Assembly (NCBI GenBank): GCA_002189035.1
Contig: NEEC01000004.1
Span: forward strand, 2,418,001-2,482,000
DNA: 64,000 bases
Reading direction: 5' to 3'
From: Utricularia gibba
Taxonomy: Eukaryota; Plantae; Magnoliophyta
A model generated the notes under the pieces. The model was not told the DNA's origin. It searched no databases and saw only the letters and a list, made by a program, of their open reading frames with translations. Shown piece by piece: positions 50,627 to 63,566 of the stretch. Both the position numbers and the translations under genes were made by a program. Position 1 is the stretch's first letter, and the number at the start of each line of letters is the position of its first letter.

Positions 50627-51494
50627 TATCTCCACCACCTTGAAGAACACTACACAAACTTTTTTTTGGGGAGGGGGGGGGGGAGGGGGAGATATGGGGA
50701 AAAACTTATAGAAAGAATGAAGATGATGAATCATGAACCAAGCCCTCTTTTGAATATTTCTTTCGCTTATGAAGAACATTATTCTTAGCTTAGAATAGTT
50801 TTAGCTTTTTCGTACAATTGTTTACGATTCCAAGTACTACTTACTTTGTTGTTTCTTTTCTTGGTATCACATTGTGGAACGAAGATAGTTTTCATATTAT
50901 GTTATGAGAGTGTTTTAATTTTTTTAATATAAATAGTTAAGCACTTAGAGGGTGCCTTGGGATAAAAAAGGAATAGTGTAAATCATCATTTTGATCTCTT
51001 TAGTCAGAATTACATCACTTCCTTAATAAATTAGGATAGATTCAGAAGAGGTGGTAGTACCACTCATCTTAAGTAGCACTAATTAAAGATAGATCAAATA
51101 TTAAGGAAAAACAAAATTTTGGGTAGATCTTAGATTTTGCTAATTAGATACATGATTTGTAGTTTAAATAAAGTTATTTTAGTGATAAGTATGCAGCCCT
51201 TAGAAATTCCAAGACATTACTTCGATTAATTTTAGATAAAGATCTATTTTTACTTGTTTACTGTTTTTCTGCATATTATAGTCAAATTGCTTTAATTTTA
51301 GCTTAGATTAAATCTCTCAACCTTGACAAAAATAGGATACATCAAACTTTACACAACAAGCATATAGCTACTTGTGTTCAATCATGATCCTTTATGCTAA
51401 TATTTGTTGTATGATTAGATGTGAATTAAATTTATAAATTTTATTTGATAGGATAATTTGCAATTTAAATGATTTGCATAATTTTTCGTTTATC
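50627..51494 (+). mobile_element. Old degenerate Athila-like LTR 3' portion
   Basis: The end ...TATAAATTTTATTTGATA...TTTTTCGTTTATCA (51494) resembles the end of the 59278-60639 LTR. The left boundary is unclear. Confidence 0.4.
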
Positions 51495-52833
51495 AGACAT
51501 GTATTTGATTATATGTTTTACTATATGAATGCAGCTTCTATTTTATCTAAATCCATATACTTGATTGTAAAAACGTATGACCATGGATGATGCCATTAAT
51601 CTTAGACATAACTAGCTCATACACGTCAAGAATATAATACTTATGTATCACAATGTCAATAGCAATCATGTCTCTATTATATTCAAACAAATATAAACCT
51701 AAATTAACCCTAAACACCCCAAAATCGTATTTATGAAAGGATTTTCAATTAAATCTGAATTAACCCGAAACCATGATCTTAAATCATAAATCCTAAGTTC
51801 TACCCCCTAAACTCGAAACTGTATATCCTACATGATCAAACTAACATCTAATAGTTAATTTCCATTCCAATTTTGAATTAATTTCAATTGCAAATCCGAA
51901 CCCAAAATAGATGCCAGATTCTCAATTGAACAACCAAAATCAATTTTTTTTATTCCACCCCATTAATGTATTTTGAAGTATGTTTCATTATCCTGTGACT
52001 CATTATGGATTTCAAGTGTTTGTCAATTTCTAACATAATAATTATCGACAGCATCATATACTACTCTCATTACCCTTGTCGGGCATAATCATAATCCTTC
52101 ATAAGTCTTTTTTCCTAAATTCTTTATGAGGTGACCTAGAACATTCTATATCCAAATCCCTTGTGATATCTTCTGATGCACCATGTCTTCCAATATCTAG
52201 ATAACAGCTTACCGAGCTCTGTCTACCAAATCTTTTCTCACCTTTGTAGCTTCATGTGGACATGTTTCGGTTGAGCCTTATTAAAGTTGTCCTTTCGGGG
52301 GCATTTTTCTAGTTTCCCAAGCATTTTTCTAGTTGAATATTATTTAATAATGATGTCATTATGACCAGAATTACATCTTTGTAAAGGTGACTTAAATCTG
52401 GTGAAATATAAATATTTTTAACCTGTCGATAGATGTAATGATATTTTTTAGCATTATTTTTTTTACTATTTGCTTCCTATGTGTAATATAAATATTATAG
52501 AAAATAACGACATCTATGAGACTTTTTGTACATTTAAAATGCATTTATTGGCTCAGTTATTTTGTTGCCTCATATCCTAAAAAAATTATGCATTTAAAAA
52601 GTCATCCATATTCAATCAAGGGATCACTTACGAGTTGTGTTGAGCTAGCAAGCGGATTGCAAGAGTGACTTAGAAATCTGATCAATTTTAGTATAATTTT
52701 TTTAAATGAAAAGATTTATAAATGACGTGGAATTTCCAAAGATGGTTCCTTGGCATAACAATTTCAAGTCATCCAGTCATCCCAAAATACATGTTTGCAT
52801 TAAACTTATGTTTATTAATGATATATGATGGCG

Positions 52834-52859
52834 TAAATAAATAAATAAATAAATAAATA
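52834..52859. repeat. (TAAA)6 microsatellite
   Basis: Read directly from the sequence. Confidence 0.9.
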
Positions 52860-53176
52860 TTTCAATATTTTATAAAAAAGTACATGTACTTCATTTAAGT
52901 AAAAAAAAAAGTACACGTATTTTGCAAATGATTTAAGGTATGCATATAAAAAATGAGGCCTCTTTTTGGGCGTTGATGAGATTTGATATTAAATTAAGTA
53001 TTGAAGACATTTATTTATTTAAACTCACTTTTATTTATTAAATAGTGATTGGAAAATGGGCGGCAGGGTTTAGTAACGCATTTGTGGAGGGTGCCTTCAT
53101 CAAAATAGTGTCGTGTATGCGACTAGAAACCCACTCCAAGCTCAAGGACTGTAAATTTTTCTTCTTTTTTGTTTTT

Positions 53177-53826
53177 TCACATCGTCTTCTTGGCCAGGAA
53201 CCCTCGTACGAACGAAGGAATAGCCGCCCACTTCTTCTTCTTCGTTACTTTAACAGACGAATGTCTCCGCAGCGGCGTCGCTTCCCCTGCGGGAGGATCC
53301 GCAAACGTGACAAACCTGCTCTCTTCAACATACTTGACATCCTCGTTCTTCTGCGATGCGCAGCCGTACTTGTCGTGGGCGGCGTTGCGGATCTTCAGCT
53401 TCTCCAGTTCGAGTCGGGTGCTGTGGAGCTCTTGCTGCAATGACAATATACTCCTTGCCATTTCAACGCTCTCCAACCGCGCCTTCCTCAGGCTCTCTTC
53501 CAGCTCCGGTATCGGATCCGGATCCGGATCGTACGCGCCTCTCTCCATCTACGATACCGAGTCGTAATCAATGCACATTTTGCATATTCCAAGTATGAAA
53601 TCGAAACATGTCTAATATGGATATGGATTGTATTCTCCTAGATATTCCGAATTTCGGTTTCAGAAAAAAAAAAATGATGACTTCCTCTCACCTGTCTGTG
53701 TTTCATCTTGTTGGCGTAGACGTGGCTGGCGAGGACCCTTTCCCCGAACAAGACCACCGCTTCTTTCACCGATCGGAAAGGGGCGCTGGTGTCGATCTCC
53801 GCCTTGGAACCGCCACCGTTTTCCAT
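53177..53826 (-). CDS. Short WEB-family (DUF827-like) coiled-coil protein, 168 aa
   Basis: Exon 53826-53692 ([33 protein letters not shown], the WEB N-terminal signature) joins in phase 0 to exon 53548-53177 (coiled coil, then SEE-like ESRFVTFA...LRRHSS...[19 protein letters not shown]). Confidence 0.9.
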
Positions 53827-54662
53827 GCTTCTACTTCCACTGTAAACCAGTGCGGAAAGTGGATGCCTTTCACATGAATATTATGATGAAGGAATTGGTT
53901 GGTTCTTTTCTTCACTTTTACTTCACTCCGATTCTCTTGTGGAAATCCAATCACTACTTCACGTTAAGGTGACAAACAGAAAAGAAAATCTACACATGTC
54001 ATGTCATCAGTAAAATCAAGGTGACAACAGATGAGGATGCCAATCAAGGGAATACAATGAGGGGGATGCGGCTTCGTATTGTCGGTTCTGGGTAATGAAA
54101 GTGAATGGAATCATGAATCAGCAGCCTAACAGAAGTGCTGCGTTACTGTGGGAGATCGCATTACTGCAGATATATATCTCTCTTTATTCATTTGGAAATT
54201 TCGAGGGAGGAAAGATATTCTGTAGTACAACATCTCATAGTATTCCAAACTTTCTGGGATGGGCACCCGAAGTAGTATTCTAATTTTATCTCAAGTTTTA
54301 CTCCGGCTCTTTCCAACTCTCTTGTTTGGAAAACTGGTTTAGTTGCCTGCATTACATTCTCTTAGTTTTCTTGTTGAAATCCAACCACTGAACCCAAATA
54401 CACGAAGACTGAGTCACAGACACGGCCCAGATAACAGGCAGGGGCTCAGTCCCTGATCATAAAACAGAAAGGCGATGCCACTACAACAAATCATGAACAA
54501 GATTAAAACACAGTAGCTAACCGTTTACCTATGAGGCAGATGCCACGTCTAGCAAGGAGCTTGGGATTGGATCCCTTACCTAATTACTACTACACCTCGT
54601 CATGTACTCACTTCTTGGGGTATGAGCCACAGATAGCGTCTATGGCGAAATGCCTAAGACCC

Positions 54663-56699
54663 TTAAAAATTTAGGGGGCTCTCCGGACCACCAGACGAGC
54701 CGCTAGGGGATCCTCTTGAAGGAGAGCTACTGCCCACACCATCCACGTCTGCACTGCTGACGTTCATGTTCAGAGGAGCTGTTGTCGGCTGGGTTGTGTT
54801 TGTTTTAGCTTCCCTGTTAACTTCAGGAAGAAAGCTTCCAGCTATTACCTGAAGCATCAGAGTCAGAACACATGTTCCACAGAAAATACAATTTGATGAA
54901 TATAACTTTACAAAGTGTCATGTTTAACTCATGAAAGGAGTGTTACATATTGAAGATCAACAAGTGAAGATGGAAGGCTACAAAGATGACTGACCTGCAC
55001 TGGGGAGGCTGCAACTAGGGAACCAGCCACACAACCACCAAGGACTCTTCCATCGGACCCAGACAAAAGAACGCTCAAACCACCGGTTCTAGTCTTGTGA
55101 CCACCAGCTTCGGATAAAAGAAATGAGCCACGAAGCGACAATATGTCAAATTGTCCCTGTATTAGTGATCACCATGGCCATAAGGGAAAAGGCTATCAAA
55201 CATATTTAAGAATATTAGTTCTATTACTAGATCAAAGGGAAAAGGATGTGGACAGTGAATCCACCACAAGAAACAGTCAACTACTGTCACTGCATGCTTA
55301 CACATGTTAAGAACAATTAATATACATTTGAAAGTCCAAGAACAACCTCATATGTTGTGGCGGTACCAGACGATGCAGCTTGGTAGAGTGACACACTTGA
55401 AATAGCTCCAATGGCAGAGAGCACACAGACACCCCTAGATCCATCTTTTTGGGAAAGAGCAAGTATTTTTGAAGCGACATCCTGAAATACAAGCACGAAC
55501 CACGATGGAACAATTCATGTAAATTGACAACTATGTAGCAACCATGACAAAACCTGTGTAAAAACTTGTGTAGCACACAGATACAGTGAATCCAAAGCAC
55601 GATATATGCTAACTATAGATAATATTGAAAGTAAGTGTCATTGGCAACAGAAAATAAGTTTTTAGCATTACCTCTCCAGCATCCACATTGAAAACATGCG
55701 GTCTGAAACCAGTACCAGTAGAACCTGTATGACACTTACATTAGACTTCGTGAAATGGAACAAAGCAAGAAAGGGGAACAAAAGAAGAACAAGGGAATTT
55801 CATGTTTCCTATTAATACAGTTAACAGAGAAAAAAACGAAAACTACGGATCACACGAAATATATCCGTAAGAGAGAAAACCGGACAATATTAATACAGCA
55901 ATCCCACATTAATGCGCAGGAATCTGGTCGGAAGGTGAGGAAATATAACTAAAAGAAAATTAGCATTCCACAGCGAAAACATTGTTACATAATCATTACA
56001 ATTCAACTCAAACGTGAACGAAAATTTTCTGCCTCAGATTCTGGATTTAGGAAAAAGATTAATGCATGAGATACCATCCAGTATTTTGAAATATCTTATA
56101 GCCATGAAAACACGGTCCTACAATCAATTTGCACAACAAGATATTAATATTACAAATTAAAAATTGAGATCTATATAAACAATTCATAAAAAAAACTAAG
56201 AAACGGCTAAAGGAACAACCTTTTAGAGAAGTGAGCAATTTCTCCATTTGGATCTCTCTCAAAATACAGAAAATCGAGAATTACCTAAACTCTCCTTCCG
56301 AGGTTTCTTATTGCAAGAGCCACGTGGTCTTCCCCTTGGCCTCTTAGCTGGCACCGTGGCGCCACCCTCCTGCGGTGAGAAAGCAGGCGACTGTAACGAA
56401 GTCAGGGGAGTGGTTGAACTGCCGTCAGGCGCGTACTTTCTAGGCCGCCCTCTTTTTCGTCTCTGTTCGGAATTTTCCGAGATACCAAGCTGATTGAGCA
56501 CAGCGTTGCTATTGGGTACCGACTGGAACTTCATTGGGGTTGAACCCATTTGGCCGAACACGGTAGCAGAATTTCCATCATTGAAAGAAATGGGAGATAT
56601 TTGATGATCAAGCTGCGGTCTCGAAGCCGCGGGATTGCTAACAGTCAGCGGAGAGTTCATGTCAGCGCCGGTGAAGCTGAACGGCCCACGGCCTGCCAT
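54663..56699 (-). CDS. AHL: AT-hook motif nuclear-localized protein (clade B, two AT-hooks plus PPC/DUF296), 316 aa
   Basis: Exons 56699-56285, 55724-55672, 55481-55347, 55156-54995 and 54848-54663. AT-hooks RKRGRPRKY and RPRGRPRGS; PPC motifs FRPHVFNVDAGEDV, LSGSDGRVLGGCVAGSLVAASPVQV. Likely 5'UTR intron 56764-57214. Confidence 0.95.
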
Positions 56700-59277
56700 T
56701 ACAACTGCTTCTTTAGATCTGCCCGACACTGAACCGGATACTGGTACAGATTTGCACGTCTACCTGAAGATTGCACAAGCAGCTGATGTAAAAGCTATTA
56801 AGCATTCCCAGTAGGTAGAGTAGCCTCAATCACCACTACAAACCCTAATTAACAACATCATTCAAGAGCAGAGCCTCGAATCCAGATGAACTGAAATATA
56901 AGACCAAAAATTTGTCCTCTTGGAACCCTGGGAAAAATGAAAGGATAAATTTTTCTCCCAAAAAAACAAGAAAAGGTGTGAAATTTGCCTAGTGCGCCCC
57001 CAAAAATAAAATATTAATGCCACATAAAATATCCAGTGCTGAGGAGATTCGCTGTGAGAGAAACGGCATCCCGAGGTAAAACTCAACAAAGACGCCCACA
57101 GTTTCTCAGAGGATCAGTTCCGTGAACTCTTTCCTTCACCAATTTACAGCGAAAGAACCATAAACCCCCTCAAAATCCATGGAGAGGCTAACATCCCGAA
57201 TTCACACAAATTACCTGAGCATCAGGAAAATATTTCCGGGGGAAAGAGAAGGATGAAAGACACTAGGGTTCTTGGTGAAAAAACAAAAGAAAATGGGATG
57301 CGCATTTCTTATCCCCATTAATTTCTAGCCGTTGGATGTGGAGATGAACGGTGTAGTGGACGCACTAACGTGGTTTCTGGCGCACCGAGTAGGTGGCATG
57401 CCACCCCACCGCATTTCGAAGGGGAAACCCCAAAACTTTCACAACTCATCAATTTTTATAATCGATAGGCTTTTGAAAATAAGGTTACTTATCATTGCAT
57501 ACAAGGATATGGTCAGGTAGCAAAATAAGTGAAGTTGTACTAAGTACCATAACATGGGATGGATATGCAAGGAATAAAGAAAAAAGAAATTATAATTGAT
57601 TATTGGTTGAATATCTTACAAAACAATAGTCTAACTTCATTTTGTTAGGTTTATCGTAGACATTATATGTTCTCAATGCAGCAGAATTTAAAATTTTTTA
57701 AGAAACCTAAACTATAGATCTTAGAATACGGTATACATCAGATAAATCAATTCTAAAAATACATTTCAATGCATTTTGTTGTTCATCAATCGCCAATAGT
57801 AAATGGCTTTTATGATATTCACATATGAAGTACTTCGTCGATAACCTTATCAAGATCACAAAATGATGATCGATCTCTTCATATGTTAGTAGAGAAAGTC
57901 ACCTCTTGCAAATAAAACTCAGAGAGAATAGAAATATGAAAAAATTTCTACGGATCAAATATTTATGATTATTTTATATAGATATTTGGTAGCATATCTA
58001 ATCAAATTTCTGTAAAGATCTTATCTCATAGAAATCTAATAAATATACATATTTCCAAATCTTATCTATATCAAATCATTTATTTTGAGGTTAATAAATA
58101 TTAATCTCAAAATAATTTTTATTTAATTTATCTATTTTACTAATTATATTTCATGTAATTATATTATTCTATTTTAGATTGATGAGTGATTACTATTGTA
58201 TGTGACCTTATAGACTCTTCAATCAAGATCGTAATAATGAATTTTTTAATTAACTCTTAATTAACAAATTCATTATGATCGATCATGAGTGATTTCAAGC
58301 AATATATCATGATCCTCAAAATATAAGAATAATCATATGAACTGATTGAACATTTTTATGGCTAGCTACTATGCACTAAACAACTTTCATAATATTTATA
58401 TCTCATTTGATACCAAAACATATGATATCTTTCTAATGTATCAAACTTATAATTGAATTTAAGCACTAACATTCAATGACCTACTCAAATTCTTCGAGTG
58501 TTATTCAATGACCCTGTCACAGCTAAAATGAGTGATGAATCCTTTTTTAATCAATCAACTATCTCCAACCTTAATGAGTCGCATCCCTTCTCATTCATAC
58601 TAAGCAAGACATGATTAAACTCCCATTAGTAATGAACGAAAACGCAAGCTTAAGATCAAGATAACTTTGTTGACTTCAAGTCTAAGTTTACTTGCATGAC
58701 TGTCATATTCGAGATCTTGTTACTGACACTTGGTTAGCTTCCTGTAGTAGCATCTCGAAGACGAGTCATCCAGTGAATCGATTCTCTAATTGACATCCAC
58801 AAATTGGTTCTAGTAATCTCATTACATTAATTGTGAGAACCATTGGTTAAACAATTTAGGGAACTCAATATGTGCGAGCTTATCCATATTTGTGATGTCC
58901 TCATTTCACGAATACTTTAGCCATTGGACTTTTATCTTGAACATAAATATATGAAGAATCTCACATTATAATCATATCATAATTTCTACAACATATAGAT
59001 CAAATAGAAGATTTTATCAGTGATATAAATTTGATCACAATTCAAAATAAATATTAAAAGATAAGATTTGTCAATAAGTTGATTGTTTCTAAAACACATA
59101 TACTAACAATCTTCCACTTGTACTAAGTCAATCATTGATGTATTTCATACCAATAGATTCTATATGCGTCTCATAACAATGGAAGTATCTTTGTAAGTGG
59201 ATCTGTTATATTCACCTTTGTGTTCACTTTCTCAATTCTGACATTGCCTCTATCAATGATCTCTCCTGATCACATGG

Positions 59278-60639
59278 TGATGACACACGAATTTTCCTAT
59301 TATTAGAATAAGAAAATTATACTTTTGAATCATGTTTTGAGTGTTTATCTTATAGTTTTTAGTATTTTTACAAAATTTTAGGACATAATGTGATTTTATA
59401 TATTAATAGGCTAAATCCTTTGATTTAGCATATCTCATGTTATTAACATTTTTTCTAGTCCAACAAAAGTTCTAAAATCAGTGAGGAGACATGAATTTTG
59501 TGCATGTAGAGATTTGGAAGAATGGGGAGCATTAAAAGAGGAGACATAATGCACTATTTTGCCGTCCACAGTCTGCAGGTTAAGGCCAGGAACAGTGCAA
59601 TAGAGTAAAGGAGGGGAGATATTTTTCTAAAGAGTGGGGAGAATGCGTAGTGAAGAGGGGAACACATGAGGGGGTTTCTCCCCTAACCCCAACACGACGA
59701 GTATTGAACCAGGAGAGGAGAAAAAGAACTTTATCCTCAAAAACAGCACAAGAGCCTAGTCCAGTGCTACTGTTCCGGCCCGGGAACAGTAGCAGATGGA
59801 AACCAGAACTCTTACTACTTTATTTTCGTTTCTTGATATTTTTCAGTTTCTGCAGCCAATTTTTTCACGATGTTCTTGATATTTTTGTTGCTTTATATTA
59901 ATGCTATCATGTTTTACCTTCAAAGTATGATTAGCTAAAGTCTTAGGGGTGTCTTAAGGTGAAGTATGATGATGTATGATTAGAGTTAATAATGAAATTT
60001 ATGTTTGTTTCTTAGCTCTTATTTCTATCAATCCATAGATAGACCTAAGAAGGGGAATAAGTAGCTTCACAACTTAGATGCTTGATTTAGAGGTGGATCA
60101 ACAAATCAAGGTAGGAGCAGTAGGTGTTAGTTCATGGTAGAACTAGTAGAACCGAATATACCTAGTTCTATATGCTTTGAATGCGGATAGACCTAATTGC
60201 AATGTTGGTTATGATATTTGAGACTAGCTTAGCCAAAAATATGATGAATGACCTGGGTAGACTTAGGTTATTTGAAGTTGTGAGTGTAGTAACATGGTAA
60301 ATTAAATGAGGCATCTTAGCATAGCACCACCTGTAGATCTTTAAGGTATCTTCGTGTTATTATGAGTTAGAACTAGTACTTATTACCTTTTGCATTGAAA
60401 CTTGATTCCGTTTACTGAACTTTCTTGCCACTGCTAGTCCAAGCTTAGACTAAGATCTACTATTATTCTGAATCATGCATTTACTAAAACACTTAGCAAG
60501 CACAAGCTCTTTGTGATTGACCCTGATACCCACTATACAAGTTTTCCAAATTTGTATTTTGTTTAGATTAGGGATTATAAATTTATTTGATAACGAAATT
60601 TCTGTTTTTACAACGACATTAGGAAATTTCCGTTTATCA
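59278..60639 (+). mobile_element. Athila-type solo LTR (1362 bp) nested in the copia RNaseH
   Basis: TGAT...ATCA termini and a perfect TSD CATGG (59273-59277 and 60640-60644). Removing it rejoins the host RNaseH ...HYH|VIR.IIDRGNVRIEKV. Confidence 0.92.
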
Positions 60640-61593
60640 CATGGTAGTGTCAAAGCATGTGTTTCAATTTCTGATGTGACCAAGGCACCTTAGCATTTGA
60701 AATCACCCCAGCGTTATCGCAATACAGGAGTTTAGGATCCTCAACATTTGGGAATACTCTCAAATCGATGATAAACTTCTTAATCCAAACAGTTTCTTTC
60801 GTAGCATCACTTGCGGCAATGTACTCTGCTTCCATTATTGAATCATTAATCGTTTCTTGCTTAGAACTCTTCTAAGTGACTGCACCTCCAATCATTGTGA
60901 ATAGGTATCCTAACTTAGACTTCAAGTTATCATGATCATACTAGAAACTTGCATTAATATTTCCTTCCACTTGGAGATCTTTACCACAATTAATCAAGAA
61001 CATGTCTTTTGTCCTTCTCAAATAATTAAGAATGCTCTTGACTACAGTCCAATGATCCATTTCAGGGTTCAACTGATATCTGGTTGGAACGCTTAAAACA
61101 TATGACACATATGATTTATTACACAACATAGCATACATTATTAACCCAATAGTAGAAGCATATGAGATTCGAGTCATCTGATCCCTTTCTTCTTCTGTTT
61201 TAGGGCACATTGATTTTGAAAGTGTCTTATGTGTCATGGGTAATAAACTTCTCTTAGAATCAACCATGTTAAATCTCTTTAACACTTTATTAATATAGGT
61301 CAATTGTGATAATCTAATAAGTTTTTTTGATCTATCTCTATAGATCTTTATGCCCAATATATAAGCCACATTTCCAAGATTTTTTATTGAAGAGCTCTTG
61401 ATTAACTAGTTTTTTACTGATTGCAGTGTTGCAACATCATTTCCCATTACTAATATGTCATCCACATATAGTATGAAAAATACAGTTACGAAGTCATCTA
61501 CCTTCTTGTATACACAAGGTTCATCTTCATTTTGAGACAAACCAAACTCTTTGATTGTCTCATCAAATTTGATGTTCCAGCTTCATGAAGCTT

Positions 61594-63566
61594 AATATGC
61601 CAAATAGGTAAGATTACCATACGGCCCTTTGGAAAACGGACCTGGATCAGCACTCAGAAACTAGATCTAATCCACATTGACGTGTGTGGTCCCATGAAGG
61701 TCTCTACCTTGCTGAAAACAGGTATTTTCTAATTTTTTTGGATGACTACACAAAATATTGTTGGATATTCATTATTCCCAACAGGTTAGAAGTGGTAAAT
61801 TGCTTTTTCCATCAAAAGTGGGAGTTTGTGAAATCTGCCAAATAGGTAAGATTACCAAACTCCCACTTTTGATATGCTGCAGAAGGATCCACTGAAGGTG
61901 ATGGTTAATCCTTTTGATATAAGCTGTCCAACACTGAGAAGATTATGTGTAGCTTTAGGTACATAGTACACGTCTTGAATCTTCAGTGTGTAGTCACATG
62001 TCTCCAACTGTACTGTTCCAATTCCATGCACTTTTATCAACCGTCCATCAGCTACTTCTATTTGTTTCCTGGACAGTGGCTCATAGCTTATGAAAGTGTC
62101 AAATTGATGAGTTAAGTGATTGCTACATCCACTGTCTATGAGCCACATTTGTTTGTTTGTAGTATTATTCGTAGTTGAGAGTATGCTGTCTTTGCACGGT
62201 ATGTAGATGTCAACGACTTCCTTAGCATCAAAGAAGTAGCATACAGAGTTTAGTGCAGTGGGATTTGGTTCTTTCTTGTCACTGCTGCTTTTTATGAACT
62301 TTTCTTCATATCTTTTCTTGCATACCCTCTCGATGTGGCCCTTTTCTTTGCAGAAATTGCAGATCTTGTCTGGATGATAGAAGTAGTTTGAGACTGGATG
62401 GTTCTTCTGCTTGTAGTAAGGACATTCAGGGTATGTTCCTTTCTTTTTAGCTCTTCTGTGAAACTTTGCTTGAAAGGCTTGTTCAGTTTCGTCCTGGGCT
62501 CCATATGTCTTCTAGACTTGCTCAAAATTGTAGAGTGAATCCAGTAATTTTTCATAGTTGTATGTGGTGAGAAGGCCAGTTGTGGACAGTGTTCCAATAC
62601 ATGCTTTGAACTGCTTTCCCACACACTTGAGAATTTTGTCTTTGACTCTTCCATCGTCGACTGGCTGCCCTAGTTTCTTTAAGCGCTTCACAACAGCACT
62701 CATAGAGGTTGTTAGCTCGGTGATGGACTGACCTGGCTTCAGACTAAAATTGTCAAGAGTGTGCCACTGCTTTGCTATCTCCTTTTGTCGCCTTTCTGTT
62801 GTCATTGCATAATTTGTTGCAAGAGCATTCCAGGCTTTCTTGGGAGATCTACAGCCCAAGATGAGGTCATATGCCTCATCGGTAACAGCCAATGTGAGCG
62901 CGTGCATTGCCTTCTTTCTTTTCTTTCTGTACTTCTTTTCTGCTGCAGTTTCCATGTCTGAAGAGGAAGATTTTCTATCTTTTGATTGAGCCGTATCTGC
63001 CTGCTCTGTTTCTTCATTTTCTTCAAACAGGTCCCAGAGATCCAGATTGTCTAAGTGGACTGACATTTTGTCCGCCCACGCATCATAATCGCCTTTTCCA
63101 TCAAAAGTGGGAGGAGGAATGAAGTAAGCTGAGGTCATGATGGTGAAGTGTAGAAGGTAGATGGGATGTTTGGGACAGAACTTGGGTATATGTTTACGGT
63201 TTCTCAAAGAGATCCCACAGCTGTCACCATGTAGAATATCTGTAGCTCACTATCTAGGAGCCTTAGTGCTTTGAGAGACTTGGAATGAACGTGAGAGAGT
63301 TTTACTGAACTAGTTCAATGCAAGTATGTACAATTGTTTGTGTTGTCTTGTATTAATAGATAGTTTTTGACCGTTGCTCGTAGGTGTAGATGCTCATCAT
63401 TGTGGCAGGTTATCGTTGACATAGTTGGCCAGTCAGCTTTGATTCTCTTCAGATCCAACTTGGGCCGGTTTGGTGTGAGCCCAGGCATACTTTACTTTTA
63501 TTGTCGGATGGGCTCGTATTCAACCCATTTGTGTGTTCAGTCTTGTAAGCCTCCCGCGAGCTCTGT
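61594..63566 (-). mobile_element. 5' fragment of a second Ty1/copia (partial LTR, PBS, gag, protease, scrambled integrase start) inserted without TSD
   Basis: One reading frame 63207-61852 with a single internal TAG at 62512-62514: PPPTFDGKGDYDAWADKM..., zinc knuckle CNFCKEKGHIERVC, protease WLIDSGCSNH. Integrase LDLIHIDVCGPM lies inverted at about 61600-61800. Confidence 0.9.
63212..63229 (-). promoter_or_regulatory. Primer-binding site complementary to the 3' end of tRNA-Leu
   Basis: The minus strand reads ...TTCTACA|TGGTGACAGCTGTGGGAT, directly after the LTR CA. The plus strand ATCCCACAGCTGTCA-CCA equals the plant tRNA-Leu(UAG) 3' end as I recall it. Confidence 0.8.

Noticed and set aside
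51990-52330. Possible Mutator transposase remnant
   Set aside because: Only vague motif resemblance (LDIGRHGA); too weak to call.
62512-62514. In-frame TAG in the copia ORF as programmed readthrough
   Set aside because: It lies inside gag, upstream of the zinc knuckle, not at a gag-pol boundary, and nearby Cys-to-Tyr changes indicate decay. A point mutation is the simpler explanation.
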